A model generated the notes under the pieces. The model was not told the DNA's origin. It made no database searches and was given only the letters and a program-made list of their open reading frames with translations. The translations under genes and the position numbers were made by a program. From a virus: a DNA stretch of 64,000 nucleotides. Below are positions 20,700-30,600 of the stretch, piece after piece. Position 1 is the first letter of the stretch. Every line of letters starts with the position of its first letter. Location: positions 24,348 to 88,347 of IMG/VR virus record IMGVR_UViG_3300044827_000008; one strand, written 5' to 3'.

Positions 20700-21481
20700 T
20701 ACTTCGTCTCGGGCTGGAGCTTCTGAAGGACTGCGGTTGCAACCGCGTTTGCGATCGCATCGTAGTCGATCATGCCGTGCACACGCTCGGCGATGGAGTC
20801 TACGTCCACCTGCACGCCGCGCGCACCCAAAGCGGCCTGTGCCGCCGTGCTGCGGAGTGCGTTCTCGGGCCGTGCGACGCCGTCACGCTCGCCGCCACAG
20901 ACCGTGCACCACGTGATGGCCGGGTCCTGGCCGCGCTTGTAACTCGCCATGCCCTTGGGCTTGCCTTTCTCGTCCAAGAGGCGGTTCCCCTCGATGTCGT
21001 ACGCGCACGAACACGGGAGGCCGGTCGGCTCGACCGCACCACTGCGGCCCTGCGACCGCTGAAGCTGTCGTGGCAATCCGCCGTCATCCTTTTTGTCGCT
21101 GAACAGGACGGCGCTCGCATTGCCCTTTGACGCAATGGTGTCGCCCGTCCTCTTGCCGGGTCGATTGACGGAGATGTTGCCGCCGATCACCTCGTGACTC
21201 GCGACCTCGACCGCGACGGCTGACCCGCCGAAACCGGTGTCGGGTGCCTGCTGTAGGCCCGCGACAGTACCGGCATCGACTTCCCTCCCGACAACCACGG
21301 GCCGCTCCGCGATGGGTCGTACCCCCGCCGGAACGTCTTCACGTCCCGCGAATTTCACTGATGTACCTGATGCCATTTCCGTAGCTCCCTGTGCGGCACT
21401 CGCCGCTTTCAATGCGGCGCTGGCCGCCCTTGCTTCCCGCATGCGCTGTCCGAACTGCTCGGGCGTTTCGCCTTTTCTCAT
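20699..21481 (-). CDS. Hypothetical low-complexity protein with a CxC...CxxC Zn site; probably leaderless
   Basis: ORF; TGCTAGAGT lies 7 nt upstream of the ATG. Confidence 0.65.
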   Translation of the reverse strand: MRKGETPEQFGQRMREARAASAALKAASAAQGATEMASGTSVKFAGREDVPAGVRPIAERPVVVGREVDAGTVAGLQQAPDTGFGGSAVAVEVASHEVIGGNISVNRPGKRTGDTIASKGNASAVLFSDKKDDGGLPRQLQRSQGRSGAVEPTGLPCSCAYDIEGNRLLDEKGKPKGMASYKRGQDPAITWCTVCGGERDGVARPENALRSTAAQAALGARGVQVDVDSIAERVHGMIDYDAIANAVATAVLQKLQPETK

Positions 21482-21488
21482 TCCAGGG

Positions 21489-21497
21489 ACTCTAGCA
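21489..21497 (-). promoter_or_regulatory. Extended -10 promoter TGCTAGAGT (leaderless start at 21481)
   Basis: Exact match to the 6122 and 6550 copies; 7-nt spacing to ATG. Confidence 0.7.
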
Positions 21498-21644
21498 TAG
21501 TGGCCGGTTTGACGTTCATTTCGAGATCAGTCAAGATCGAAATTGCGCTTACCTGACCTCGCAATGTGTCCGGGCAGTGAGGGAAATCGAATGGTGGTTC
21601 AGTGAGGTAGTCAGCGCGTAGCCGTTCTCGGTATTTGATGGGAG

Positions 21645-22088
21645 TCATTGATCTGTCTTCTGTCTGAGGCGCGCAGTGCGCTCGACGAATGTCATGGCCT
21701 TGTACTCTTCGATGGCCTGGAGCGCGCCCCCGAGACTGGCCGTGAACACGTGTGAGTGGTAGTGCAGCCACGGTGATGCGGTCGCCGGAGTCGGGTGCCG
21801 GACGATGACGAACTTGCCACGCTCCCACGCGTAGATGACTTCCATCGACGTACCGACACTCACGATATGCGCATTAGCTAGTAGCACATCACATGAGTCG
21901 ATGTCGGCCTTATCCGGCTCGACCACGGCTACGTCGCCGGGGTACTCGACGTTACGAAAGTCACGGAGCTTGGCGGGGTCGATCGAGTCGATGCCCACTT
22001 GTTTGAGCATGATACTCATGATCTCGCGCCACTGGAATGTGCTCGTGTCGCTCTGGCCCGCGATTGGCCCGGCAAGGTAAACCTTCAT
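21645..22088 (-). CDS. Nucleoside 2-deoxyribosyltransferase / nucleotide N-glycosidase family
   Basis: KVYLAGP...DP...DKADIDSCDVLLA...GTSMEVIYAWERGK. Confidence 0.85.
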   Translation of the reverse strand: MKVYLAGPIAGQSDTSTFQWREIMSIMLKQVGIDSIDPAKLRDFRNVEYPGDVAVVEPDKADIDSCDVLLANAHIVSVGTSMEVIYAWERGKFVIVRHPTPATASPWLHYHSHVFTASLGGALQAIEEYKAMTFVERTARLRQKTDQ

Positions 22089-22636
22089 GATCCGCTCACT
22101 TTCTCTTGGCGCGCATGCGTCTCCAAGAATCCATCGGGGTCGTCACGGTGCTCGGGCACCCCGCCATGAAGATGTTGGTTGTACGAGATTTGCCCTTTTG
22201 TTCCTCGCGCCGCTGGAACGCCTTTTTGAGTTTCGAGCAATTTGATTTGGCGATCGGTGAGTTCATGCGGAGAAGCGACCATCGTCATTCGCGCAGTGCG
22301 CACATCTTCGGCACGAACTCGTCGATCGTAAGCCTCGACCATGCGCACCGCAACGGCTGCTGTCTGAATGAGTTCGGTGCGATAATTCGTGCTCCACGGA
22401 TGCGCGAACGTTATGCCGACCGTCTCTTTTGCGACCTCGCCAAATTCTTCACCGAGGATTGCGAACCAGGCGGCAGGTGAGTGATTTTGCTCGCCCCACT
22501 TGCTATCTTGGTACTCGCATTCTTTGAGCACCTCATGTATCACATCGAATGTCGATCCAGGGACGCCGATCTCAAGAGACATGCGCATCTCATTGAAAAC
22601 TTCCGGCGTGACAGGGTTGGTTTTCGTGCCGCTCAT
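22085..22636 (-). CDS. MazG-like NTP pyrophosphohydrolase
   Basis: QDSKWGEQNH...ILGEEFGEVAK...ELIQTAAVAV. Confidence 0.85.
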   Translation of the reverse strand: MSGTKTNPVTPEVFNEMRMSLEIGVPGSTFDVIHEVLKECEYQDSKWGEQNHSPAAWFAILGEEFGEVAKETVGITFAHPWSTNYRTELIQTAAVAVRMVEAYDRRVRAEDVRTARMTMVASPHELTDRQIKLLETQKGVPAARGTKGQISYNQHLHGGVPEHRDDPDGFLETHARQEKVSGS

Positions 22637-23136
22637 TTCTTTGCTCCTCGTTTTTTCTTGGGGACTGGACGCAGTGATGGATTCGACTGCGCGAGGTGCT
22701 CGGCCATCGCAACGCAGAATGCCTCAAGGTTATTCATATCGGGAATATCCACGCCGTACTTCTGAAAGATGGGTAGGCGTAGGTCTTCCTTTTTGGTTTG
22801 CCCTTTCCCCTTGCCGAGGAGTGCCTGCTTCCACGAATAGTTCGGCCAGATCATCGGGTCGATGCTCGCCGCCCACAGTGTGTACTTGATCACGCCGCCG
22901 ACCTCACCCATTTCCTCGCGGTTGAACTTCGAGCCGAATGAGTAGCCCTCCATCGCGGCCATGTCCGGCTTGAACGAGATCAGGAAGCTCGCGACAGCCT
23001 CCGAGATTTGTTCGAGACGTTGGCCGCGCGGGTCCTTCGAGTCAGTGCTGATTACTCTTGCAACCTTAAGCTCGCCGTCCGCGACAAGGACGAGGCCGCA
23101 GCCCGTCAAGCTCGGGTCAATGCCCATGATCCTCAT
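22633..23136 (-). CDS. ruvC: RuvC-like Holliday junction resolvase
   Basis: IMGIDPS..GCG, AMEGY, E..GVIK, WK..LLGKG, N..EAF. Confidence 0.88.
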   Translation of the reverse strand: MRIMGIDPSLTGCGLVLVADGELKVARVISTDSKDPRGQRLEQISEAVASFLISFKPDMAAMEGYSFGSKFNREEMGEVGGVIKYTLWAASIDPMIWPNYSWKQALLGKGKGQTKKEDLRLPIFQKYGVDIPDMNNLEAFCVAMAEHLAQSNPSLRPVPKKKRGAKK

Positions 23137-23293
23137 TGCAGTCTTCCCCTCAACACGCGGTCGATCGCTGTCAGGCGGCCCGACCAGTAGAAATCGTGGT
23201 TACCAGTAGCTATCTCTAGACAGTGCTTCGTCCCCTCGTACTCACGCAATAGGAAGGGACGCAGAAACCAGAGGCCGATACGATAGCGGAGCT

Positions 23294-23830
23294 TCATGGT
23301 GCCATTGCCTCAGCATAAGTGGGGCCGAGTTGGGTGCGGATATGTTCGCGAGCGACACTGAGACGACTGGCGACTGTCCGCTCGGGGATGCCGAGTGCTC
23401 GACTGATGTCCCGATTCGAGTGGCCGTGGTAGTAGCGCAGGATCAGAGCCTCCGACTGTTTCGGCGGCAAGGATGCGATCGCAGCCCCAATGTCAGAAGC
23501 ATCAACGCAATCCTGTGGGTCGATCCCGATCTTTGGTGGTCCGAGTCGCTTGACAACCTCATCCACGGTACGAATCCTTTGTTTGCGGAACCAAGAGATG
23601 GCATTGTTCTTGGCGATGAACATGACCCACGCCTCTGCTGGTGCGATCGGCTCCCACGTGGCCCACTTTCGAAATGCCTGAAGGAAAGCATCCTGGGTGC
23701 AGTCTTCAGCCGCATCAGCATCACCGATGATGCTTTTGATTGTCAGAAAAATCTTGCGGTAGCTCGTTTGATAAAGGCGAGCAAAGTCCTCAACATTACC
23801 GGCTCGATACGGGGCCTCGGACTGGATCAT
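23294..23830 (-). CDS. ECF-type RNA polymerase sigma factor
   Basis: Region 2 AEDCTQDAFLQAF..W...AWVMFIAKN; region 4 LPPKQSEALILRYYHG.S.RDIS.ALGIPERTVASRL. Confidence 0.92.
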   Translation of the reverse strand: MIQSEAPYRAGNVEDFARLYQTSYRKIFLTIKSIIGDADAAEDCTQDAFLQAFRKWATWEPIAPAEAWVMFIAKNNAISWFRKQRIRTVDEVVKRLGPPKIGIDPQDCVDASDIGAAIASLPPKQSEALILRYYHGHSNRDISRALGIPERTVASRLSVAREHIRTQLGPTYAEAMAP

Positions 23831-24107
23831 GGTTTACGCCTCACAATAACGTAGGCTCGGTCGGGTCCCGGCGATTTCGGATCATCGAGTATGTCGAGTA
23901 GCGCGCACCATCCATCGGTGTAACCGCGATCGTAATCGGGCGTCTCCATACGAAAAGCAGCCACGTGCTGCTTCCATCCTTGGTTGAAGCCCTCTTCGAA
24001 ATTGCGGGCCGAAGTACGCTGATGCGCAGTCATGAATCGGTATGCCGATGAAACGATGATGATGACCCCAAATAGAATGAGGGCCACACCGGCAAGGATG
24101 TCTGTGC

Positions 24108-24539
24108 TCACCGCCGTGTCCTCGCGATAAGGCCACCGCCATTTGCACGTTCGGTGGGTAGATCAAACACGCGGGAGAGCGAGCCGCCCACGGGGACTCC
24201 TGTATTCGGCGTGACTTGCACGACGCGGTCATCCCATAGTTCGATCATCGCGTAATCCTTCGCGCTCGTGACGGGAAGTGCGATGCCGATAGTGTTGATC
24301 AACCAGTCGGTCGCAGCGACGCGAAACTTGGCGGCGTCGAGGTCGCGTCCGACCGTCCCATTAGAGGACGCGCGAGCGGTAACGATCTTGACGCGGTATC
24401 CCAGCGCGAGCATGTTCTTTACGCGGTCCACCATAGCCGGTATCGGCTCACCGATGAGGTCGGCTTCCGTCCACTCGGTGTAGTGCGCGAGCGTGGCGTC
24501 GAGGTCTACGCCGATCCATCCATTGTCTTTCTGTGCCAT
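24108..24539 (-). CDS. HAD-family phosphatase (polynucleotide 3'-phosphatase-like)
   Basis: WIGVDLDATL, VTAR, K...LWDDR; start MAQKDNG overlaps the upstream TGA. Confidence 0.85.
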   Translation of the reverse strand: MAQKDNGWIGVDLDATLAHYTEWTEADLIGEPIPAMVDRVKNMLALGYRVKIVTARASSNGTVGRDLDAAKFRVAATDWLINTIGIALPVTSAKDYAMIELWDDRVVQVTPNTGVPVGGSLSRVFDLPTERANGGGLIARTRR

Positions 24540-24750
24540 CAAAGTGTTCCGTGCGAAATCTGGATCACTTGCAATGCCGTGCGAATTTCCTGAATCGCCT
24601 CTGTACGGGTGACGTAGTTGTCCTGATCCATGATGAATGTCAGCACGGCTTCGAGGTCGCCCATCTTGTGGAGGTCGGGCATCGTGCTCCCCATCTCGGG
24701 GTCTTCGCACGTGATGAGATGGCAGATCGACACTATGAGTTCGTCCTCCA

Positions 24751-25200
24751 TCAGAACGGCACCCCATCGTAGCTGAGGTCGAGGAGTAGCTCGACGCCCC
24801 CGTCCTCAAGCCGAATCTGGAGTGCGTTGTGGAGGCCCGCAGCCTCGCCCGGCTCGCATCGAGTCAGGCCCAGTGTTGTGGTCAGGCTCGCAAGCTCGTA
24901 CAACTTGGCGTACGTGGTGCGGTCGAGGTCGTACGTCTTCTGCCACGCGCGCCGCTCGCCCTTGATGTTCTCGATGCGCTTGAGGGCGGCGTCGATCTTC
25001 TCCTGCGGCTTAGGGTCGAGGTCGCGCAGGCCCGCGAGGTAGCGGCCCCCTTTGTCGAGGCGCTCCTGAAACAGCTTGAGGATTGCGTCCCCGCCCTTCA
25101 CCTTTTTGCCGTCCGGCCCGTCAATGGTTGCGGAATCGAAGGTCGTTTGCGAGTTCCGTTTCAACTCACTCAGTTCGACCATCGTGATCAGTTTGCTCAT
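24751..25200 (-). CDS. Hypothetical helical protein
   Basis: ORF coupled to the RNA ligase stop. Confidence 0.6.
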   Translation of the reverse strand: MSKLITMVELSELKRNSQTTFDSATIDGPDGKKVKGGDAILKLFQERLDKGGRYLAGLRDLDPKPQEKIDAALKRIENIKGERRAWQKTYDLDRTTYAKLYELASLTTTLGLTRCEPGEAAGLHNALQIRLEDGGVELLLDLSYDGVPF

Positions 25201-26030
25201 ATCCCCTCCTCGATGATCGTTGAGACTGCCTGTCCCAGCGTCATCTCGGTGTGCCCGCGCTTCGATGACCTATCGAATCCTGGCTTGGCCGGAAACGCTT
25301 CCGCAAGCTTCGCTCGTTCGGTCCGCTTCTCCAAGTTCTCGAAGTCTTTGATTTTCAACTTCGTGATGATGCGGTTCCCACGTCGATCGTACAGTGGCAC
25401 GCTCGGTGTGCCGACGATGCCTTCCATCACGGCCACGCTCACCTGAGTGTTGTTCTCTGCGACGATCGACGTAAGCGTCTCGACGCCCGCCCAGTCGTGG
25501 TTCCTGATCTGCCCAATCGCCTCGTTGAGAGAACAGGTTGCGACGATCGGCACCACATCCATGCCCATCTTCCCGGCCACCTCGACCACGTCCTCGCGCT
25601 TCAGCCACCATCGTCCAATGCGAATGTCGAAGACGATGAAGCCCACGTCGGTACGGTAGCGTCCACCGTTCTGAATCTTCGGCCCGTAACCCTCGCCGTA
25701 GATGGTCGCGTCCTGCGTGCCATCATCGTCAAGTCCGAAGGCATCGACCCAGCGGTGCGGATCGTTGTACTGCGCAAGCGCGTACATCAAGTGGCCCGGC
25801 ATCTGCGCATCCTTTGTGCGCCCGCCTGCCGCAACTTTCTCGCCGTTGAAGTGGAGCCGCACGTTCGTGCCGTCCACCTTTTCCGTCCACGTCCACAACG
25901 AGTCCTCCAGATACTTGAACTCGTCGGTCGAGAAAATGTCGGGCATGATGACACCACCGTTCGCCATGTCGCGCTTAAATGCCCCATTTATTTTGGGATA
26001 TTCGGGGCCAAACACTGAGTTGTCTTCCAT
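25197..26030 (-). CDS. ATP-dependent RNA ligase (Rnl2-like)
   Basis: YPKI, EKVDGTN (motif I), IYGEGYG, FIVFDI, EGIV, TKLK. Confidence 0.9.
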   Translation of the reverse strand: MEDNSVFGPEYPKINGAFKRDMANGGVIMPDIFSTDEFKYLEDSLWTWTEKVDGTNVRLHFNGEKVAAGGRTKDAQMPGHLMYALAQYNDPHRWVDAFGLDDDGTQDATIYGEGYGPKIQNGGRYRTDVGFIVFDIRIGRWWLKREDVVEVAGKMGMDVVPIVATCSLNEAIGQIRNHDWAGVETLTSIVAENNTQVSVAVMEGIVGTPSVPLYDRRGNRIITKLKIKDFENLEKRTERAKLAEAFPAKPGFDRSSKRGHTEMTLGQAVSTIIEEGI

Positions 26031-26458
26031 CACACCCTCCTCCGGTTGTGTCGTTGTTCGAGTGGAGTTGCCCATCGACAGTTCTCCAACTCGTAATTGC
26101 CGTCAGGATTTTTGCGGTCGATTGTCGTGCCATCAGGATGTTCGCCCATGTCTGCAAGAAAGTTCTCGAAGACATGCCATCGGTCGCACACACGGATGCC
26201 GCGCCCGCCGTAGTCGGTATAACTCTTATGGCGCGGATATTCGCAGCGTTGCAGCATGGACATCCATGTTATGTAGGTCGGTGTGAGGTGCCCGCCACGC
26301 GAAGCACCGTGCGTCACCGAATGTTCGTTGCGATACTTATCCCCGGTGACATCGGGTCGTTTCCATCCTCTCTTGGCATTGGGGCGGGTCATACCGAGAT
26401 GTGCTTGCCTCATTCTTTCACGCGTCTCGGGCGAGTGGTGACTACCAAGGGGCATCAT
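26030..26458 (-). CDS. Free-standing HNH homing endonuclease with N-terminal NUMOD3-like motif
   Basis: HSPETRERMRQAHLG; TY.TW.SMLQRC...YGGRGIRVCDRW..FENFLADMG..TIDR.NPDGNY..ENCRWAT..EQ..N. Confidence 0.88.
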   Translation of the reverse strand: MMPLGSHHSPETRERMRQAHLGMTRPNAKRGWKRPDVTGDKYRNEHSVTHGASRGGHLTPTYITWMSMLQRCEYPRHKSYTDYGGRGIRVCDRWHVFENFLADMGEHPDGTTIDRKNPDGNYELENCRWATPLEQRHNRRRV

Positions 26459-26835
26459 GTGAATAGCCTCCCCTGATTTTGTTCTGGCATTCCCGTAAGA
26501 CTTGGACGGAAAAGCGGACCCGAATACAGGATGCGACTGCGGATGCCGAGTAGCTGACCGACGAGGCCGACGCGCTGAAACTCCCCCGAATTCCAGGCCC
26601 TCGTCCAGTCGGCCAGCTTCGCGAATTCCGTCGCCGCTTGAACCGCCTGCTTGCGTGTGGGGAACGACCCGCACACGCGGAAGCCCGATGGAATGTGCAC
26701 GATATTCCAATCGTTTGTCTCGTCTCCCGTCATTGTCACGGCACGGTGTACGGCGAGGCCCGGCGCGATCGAGTAGCCGGGAAGCTCGCGCTCGGTGCCG
26801 TCGATGTATGAGGCCACGATGGTGGTCTTAAGCAT
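26455..26835 (-). CDS. Hypothetical protein
   Basis: ORF, PGLAVHR...WNIVHIPSG. Confidence 0.6.
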   Translation of the reverse strand: MLKTTIVASYIDGTERELPGYSIAPGLAVHRAVTMTGDETNDWNIVHIPSGFRVCGSFPTRKQAVQAATEFAKLADWTRAWNSGEFQRVGLVGQLLGIRSRILYSGPLFRPSLTGMPEQNQGRLFT

Positions 26836-27460
26836 CGCTCGGCCCCACGCGCGCGGTGTCCGGTCCACCTGCTGCATCAAAGAATGGTGATCGAATCTTT
26901 ACGTCCGAGTACGGCCAGCCCCGGACGACGTGCGAGTAGATGTAATACTGAAGCTCTTGTACCGAGTCCTCGATGTCAGGCATTACGCGATGTGTATCGC
27001 GACCCTTAAAGAGCGGAGCCTCGGGCATCCAAAGACGGGCCGCGAGCTTGATCGTCGAGACATCGAAACTCCGATAGTGCGCAAGCTGATCGACAGCTAT
27101 CATGTGTTCCTTCAGCCACGAGCGGTCGAATCCCACAGTGGACCCTGCCATCGGTGGAAGGTCTGCGCCGACCTTGATGCGGCTGAAGGCCCAACGCACC
27201 GCAGCGTCCTCGACATCGGCCAAGTACATGTCTGATTTCATGCACTCGAAGAGTAGGCCGTTCTTCATGTGCATTTCGAGGATGAAGTCCGATAGGTTGC
27301 TCAACTCGGCGCGATCAAATCGTACAACCCAACTTGCTTCGGCTAGGGTCGTCAGCCTGGAGTCGGTGAGGCGCAGGCCAAGTTCGAGTATCTGTCCCTC
27401 ACGTGGGATCAGGCCCGTCGTCTCAATATCGACCCACAAGAGTGCCGGTTCGTTGTTCAT
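26828..27460 (-). CDS. orn: Oligoribonuclease (DEDDh)
   Basis: LLWVDIETTGL, MH.KNGL, AGSTVGFDR.WL, HYRSFDVSTIK, HRVMPDIEDS..EL.YY. Confidence 0.9.
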   Translation of the reverse strand: MNNEPALLWVDIETTGLIPREGQILELGLRLTDSRLTTLAEASWVVRFDRAELSNLSDFILEMHMKNGLLFECMKSDMYLADVEDAAVRWAFSRIKVGADLPPMAGSTVGFDRSWLKEHMIAVDQLAHYRSFDVSTIKLAARLWMPEAPLFKGRDTHRVMPDIEDSVQELQYYIYSHVVRGWPYSDVKIRSPFFDAAGGPDTARVGPSDA

Positions 27461-28523
27461 CACGGCAGCCTCCCGACGAGCACGTAATTTCCGGCGTCCG
27501 GGCACGAGGCCACATACCTCACGCCCTTGTGAAGGTGCCGAATGCACGCGCCGATGGGCGCGTGGGCGCAGCGGGCCTTGAGGTCGTACGTCACTTCGTA
27601 GATTTGATGGCGGTCGCAGAAATTGCACAGGTTTTTGCGTGCGCCGAGACGTGTGATGTGATCGCTCATGATGGGTCTAGCTCGAATGGTCCTACGACAT
27701 CGTAGCCATAGGAGAAGGGGCCGTCGTTTTCCGGCGCATCCGTGCGGCGCTGTGCGTCATCCATTGCCTTGAGGCCATCGGTGAAGACGGCGACCGGCTC
27801 CTGCTCCTCGTAATCAACTTGACGAACGATCCAAACTTGTACCATCACTTCAACTCCACACTAATTGCGCCGCCCGATCCTATGAAGTGAGTAACGTTCT
27901 TCACCTCGAACGGATAGGAGTTGTCTTCGAGCACAACGGTTTCGCCCTTGCAAGGAATCGTTTCCACCTCGTAGGTCCTCTGCCTCACGAAGAGGTGGTC
28001 GCCCTGCATTTCGTTGTAGGTAAAGACCGCGCGAATCATCGGTTGTTCCCCGGTTTCTTGACGAACGTCACCGTGACGACATGCCTGCCGTACTCATCGT
28101 GCGATGCAGTCATCTCGGTCGCCGTCAGAATTGCATAACCTGTGGAGACGCGGTCACCGATCTCCGGGATGGGGCGAATGTCGTCACGCTGAAAGAGCCA
28201 CCGTAGGAATCGCTTGATCATTTGGGAGCCAACTCCTCGGCCTCGTCCAGTAGGCGCGCCGCCTCCGCGCGCAGTCGAGCGGCCTCGATCCTTTTCTTCT
28301 GGCGGGTGAAGCGAAAGTTATCGACCTCCATTAAGGTATTCGCAACGGTCGATCGGTCATTGCCGCCCCGCATGAATGCGTCATCGTGCACTTGCTTGAC
28401 ACCAAGGAGGTTGAGTGCGTGCTCCTCCGCGATATAGGAGTCTCCGACCGTACGCTCGACGAGGTCGCCGTCCACGTAAAGCGCGGCCCACTCGTCGGCG
28501 TAGTGAATCTGAATGTCTCGTGC
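27460..28523 (-). other. Five small hypothetical genes
   Basis: ORFs 27460-27669, 27666-27848, 27845-28039, 28036-28221 and 28218-about 28523 with overlapping junctions. Confidence 0.6.
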
Positions 28524-28525
28524 CA

Positions 28526-29281
28526 TCACATTTTGTTCGCTTTGTGGACCCAGTAGAGATTCAGCAGCGCCTCGAAGACGCGCCATCCACGGATCACCTG
28601 TGTGCCGGATAGCACGTGCTCATCGAATCCCTCGTCCGACGTGCGCCCGATGCGTAGGATACGGACGCCCTCGACCGGCATGCCGTCGGGGTACTCGTCG
28701 GTGACGTTCTCGCGCAGCAACTTCCAGTACGCGGCCACCTGCCACCCGTGCTCGGGGTAGAGGTCGCTCGATGTCTTGAAGTCGAGGAGCGTGGGCTTGC
28801 CGTCAAGCAGGCCGTAGAAGTCAAGCTGCCCGCCATATCGGTACTTCTCCGACGTGAAGACAGCCTCAAGTAGCTGAGGCTCGACGGTGTGCTCGCTGGC
28901 CCAGTCATCGAACGCCTTCACGCCGAAGCTCGCACGGTCGATCTGGTTGCCCGTGAAGTCATCGACATTCGGCTCCTCATTGCGGAGCTTCGACTCGATG
29001 AGATAATGGGCAGCGTTCCCGATATCGCGCGCCTCGTTCGTGTACTTCGACGAGTCCGTACCTTCAAGGCCGAGTCTATTGGCCCAGCCCACGAGGAAGG
29101 GTTTCGCGTATTGGCCGGTCACCGTCGTCACGCCGGGCACGTTGAATTTCTTTCCCGACCCATCAGGGTTCGGGATCGAGTATCGGATGTGGGCCTTCGT
29201 CTTCGCGCCCAAATCCTTACGGGCTTTCTTAGCGGCCCTCTCCTCATCGGAGGGGGCCGCTTTGCTCTTAATGCGCGGCAT
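28526..29281 (-). CDS. PD-(D/E)XK exonuclease (lambda-exo/Cas4-like recombination nuclease)
   Basis: PGVTTV, GNAAHYLIE, YGGQLD, LLDFKTS, WQVAAY. Confidence 0.88.
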   Translation of the reverse strand: MPRIKSKAAPSDEERAAKKARKDLGAKTKAHIRYSIPNPDGSGKKFNVPGVTTVTGQYAKPFLVGWANRLGLEGTDSSKYTNEARDIGNAAHYLIESKLRNEEPNVDDFTGNQIDRASFGVKAFDDWASEHTVEPQLLEAVFTSEKYRYGGQLDFYGLLDGKPTLLDFKTSSDLYPEHGWQVAAYWKLLRENVTDEYPDGMPVEGVRILRIGRTSDEGFDEHVLSGTQVIRGWRVFEALLNLYWVHKANKM

Positions 29282-29419
29282 GTGCGCTCCTCAACCACTT
29301 GACTCGGTCGGGGGTTGCCCGGCGCGACGCGCTCGTTTGCGCGATCTTTGAATCGCGGTGACGAAGGTAATACCTACGTCCTTGAGCGCGTCGCTGTTCG
29401 AGTTCTCGTTCTGTGCGCA

Positions 29420-30175
29420 TCAAAAAGCAGCTTCAGGGTCTTCCTTCTCGGCCTTCGTCTTCGTCTTGGCGACGGCCTTCTCGCGAGTCGAGGTCTTGCG
29501 CGCAGGCTTCTCTTCCGGCTCGCCCTTGCCCTCTTCGGCCTCAAGCTCTGCGAGTTCACGGCGCAGGCGCTCAGCCTTCGTCTCTTCCTTCGGCTCGGCC
29601 TTCGCAGCCGCAGCCCTCTTCGCCTTCAGCGCAGCGAGCTTGGCCGCGAGCTTCTCTTCGTCGTCGTCGTCACCGCCGTCGTCCATTGTCTCGGCCCTCT
29701 TCGTGGTCGTCTCGTTCTCGGCGGGGCGCTTGAACCCTGGCTTGAACTGCTTCGCGTAACGCGCAAAGGATTCGGGACGCAGGAACTTGTGGTCGGTGTC
29801 CTTCGGCCCGTAGGTGCCGATGACGTAAACGTACATGCCGACGAGGTCGTCGGTGTCGAACGCTTCGAGGGTGGCCTTGTCCGGGTCAGTCTCGAACATT
29901 GCGTCGAGCAGCTTGCGCAGGTTCGACTTCTCGTTGATGCTCGCGCTGGGGTTGAACCAAACTTTGGTTCCCTCCGTCTCTTCCTCGATCGACTTGAAGA
30001 CGATCTTGATCACGTCGCGCGTCTCGTTCTCGTCGATCTTGCCGTCCTTGTTCTCGCGACCATAGAACGGATTGTCCTCGGTCACGAACTCCGACTCGAC
30101 GATCTTGCAGAGGACGGGTGTCTTCGTCGGAAGTTCCGGGAAATCAGCCCCCTCTTTGTATTGCAGTTTCGGCAT
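29420..30175 (-). CDS. SSB-like / replisome-organiser-like protein with acidic-Lys C-terminal tail
   Basis: SINEKSNLRKLL...FDTDDLVG motif; located next to the exonuclease. Confidence 0.55.
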   Translation of the reverse strand: MPKLQYKEGADFPELPTKTPVLCKIVESEFVTEDNPFYGRENKDGKIDENETRDVIKIVFKSIEEETEGTKVWFNPSASINEKSNLRKLLDAMFETDPDKATLEAFDTDDLVGMYVYVIGTYGPKDTDHKFLRPESFARYAKQFKPGFKRPAENETTTKRAETMDDGGDDDDEEKLAAKLAALKAKRAAAAKAEPKEETKAERLRRELAELEAEEGKGEPEEKPARKTSTREKAVAKTKTKAEKEDPEAAF

Positions 30176-30357
30176 CGTTCAGTTCACCTCTATGACTTCT
30201 ATTGATGCCGGGTCAGGGTCAGCATCATGCCCCGCCGTCTCACTCAACGGCTTGTCGCTGTGACTCCAGATTACGTCCTCAACATGACGTGAATCGTGGA
30301 AAATCAATCCGCCCTTGCACACGCGGCACGTCGCGTGCGTCTCAGTCTTTGCCATGC

Positions 30358-30597
30358 TTACCTCCCGGCCTTCAAGTATGTGATCACGTCTGCCGCGTCG
30401 AGGTACAGGCCCGCAAGGACCTTGTTCATCGTGCGTGCGCTGACCCGCTTCCCGGCAAGGAACCGACGCAACGTACGCCCGCTGACTCCGCACTGCGCCG
30501 CCACAGCGGCCCGCGTCAACCCCCAGTGCTCGACGGCGAGCACCACGCGATCGGTATTGACGCGGACCGCACGTCCGCCAAGTAGGTACTCCGTCAT
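30358..30597 (-). CDS. XRE/Cro-like HTH regulator
   Basis: LTRAAVAAQCGVSGRTLRRFLAGK.VS..TMNKV. Confidence 0.8.
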   Translation of the reverse strand: MTEYLLGGRAVRVNTDRVVLAVEHWGLTRAAVAAQCGVSGRTLRRFLAGKRVSARTMNKVLAGLYLDAADVITYLKAGR

Positions 30598-30600
30598 GCT

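Noticed and set aside
29268-29420. 50-aa Arg-rich ORF (MRTERELEQRRAQGRRYYLRH...) resembling an HNH N-terminal helix remnant
   Set aside because: No nuclease motif and too short to assign
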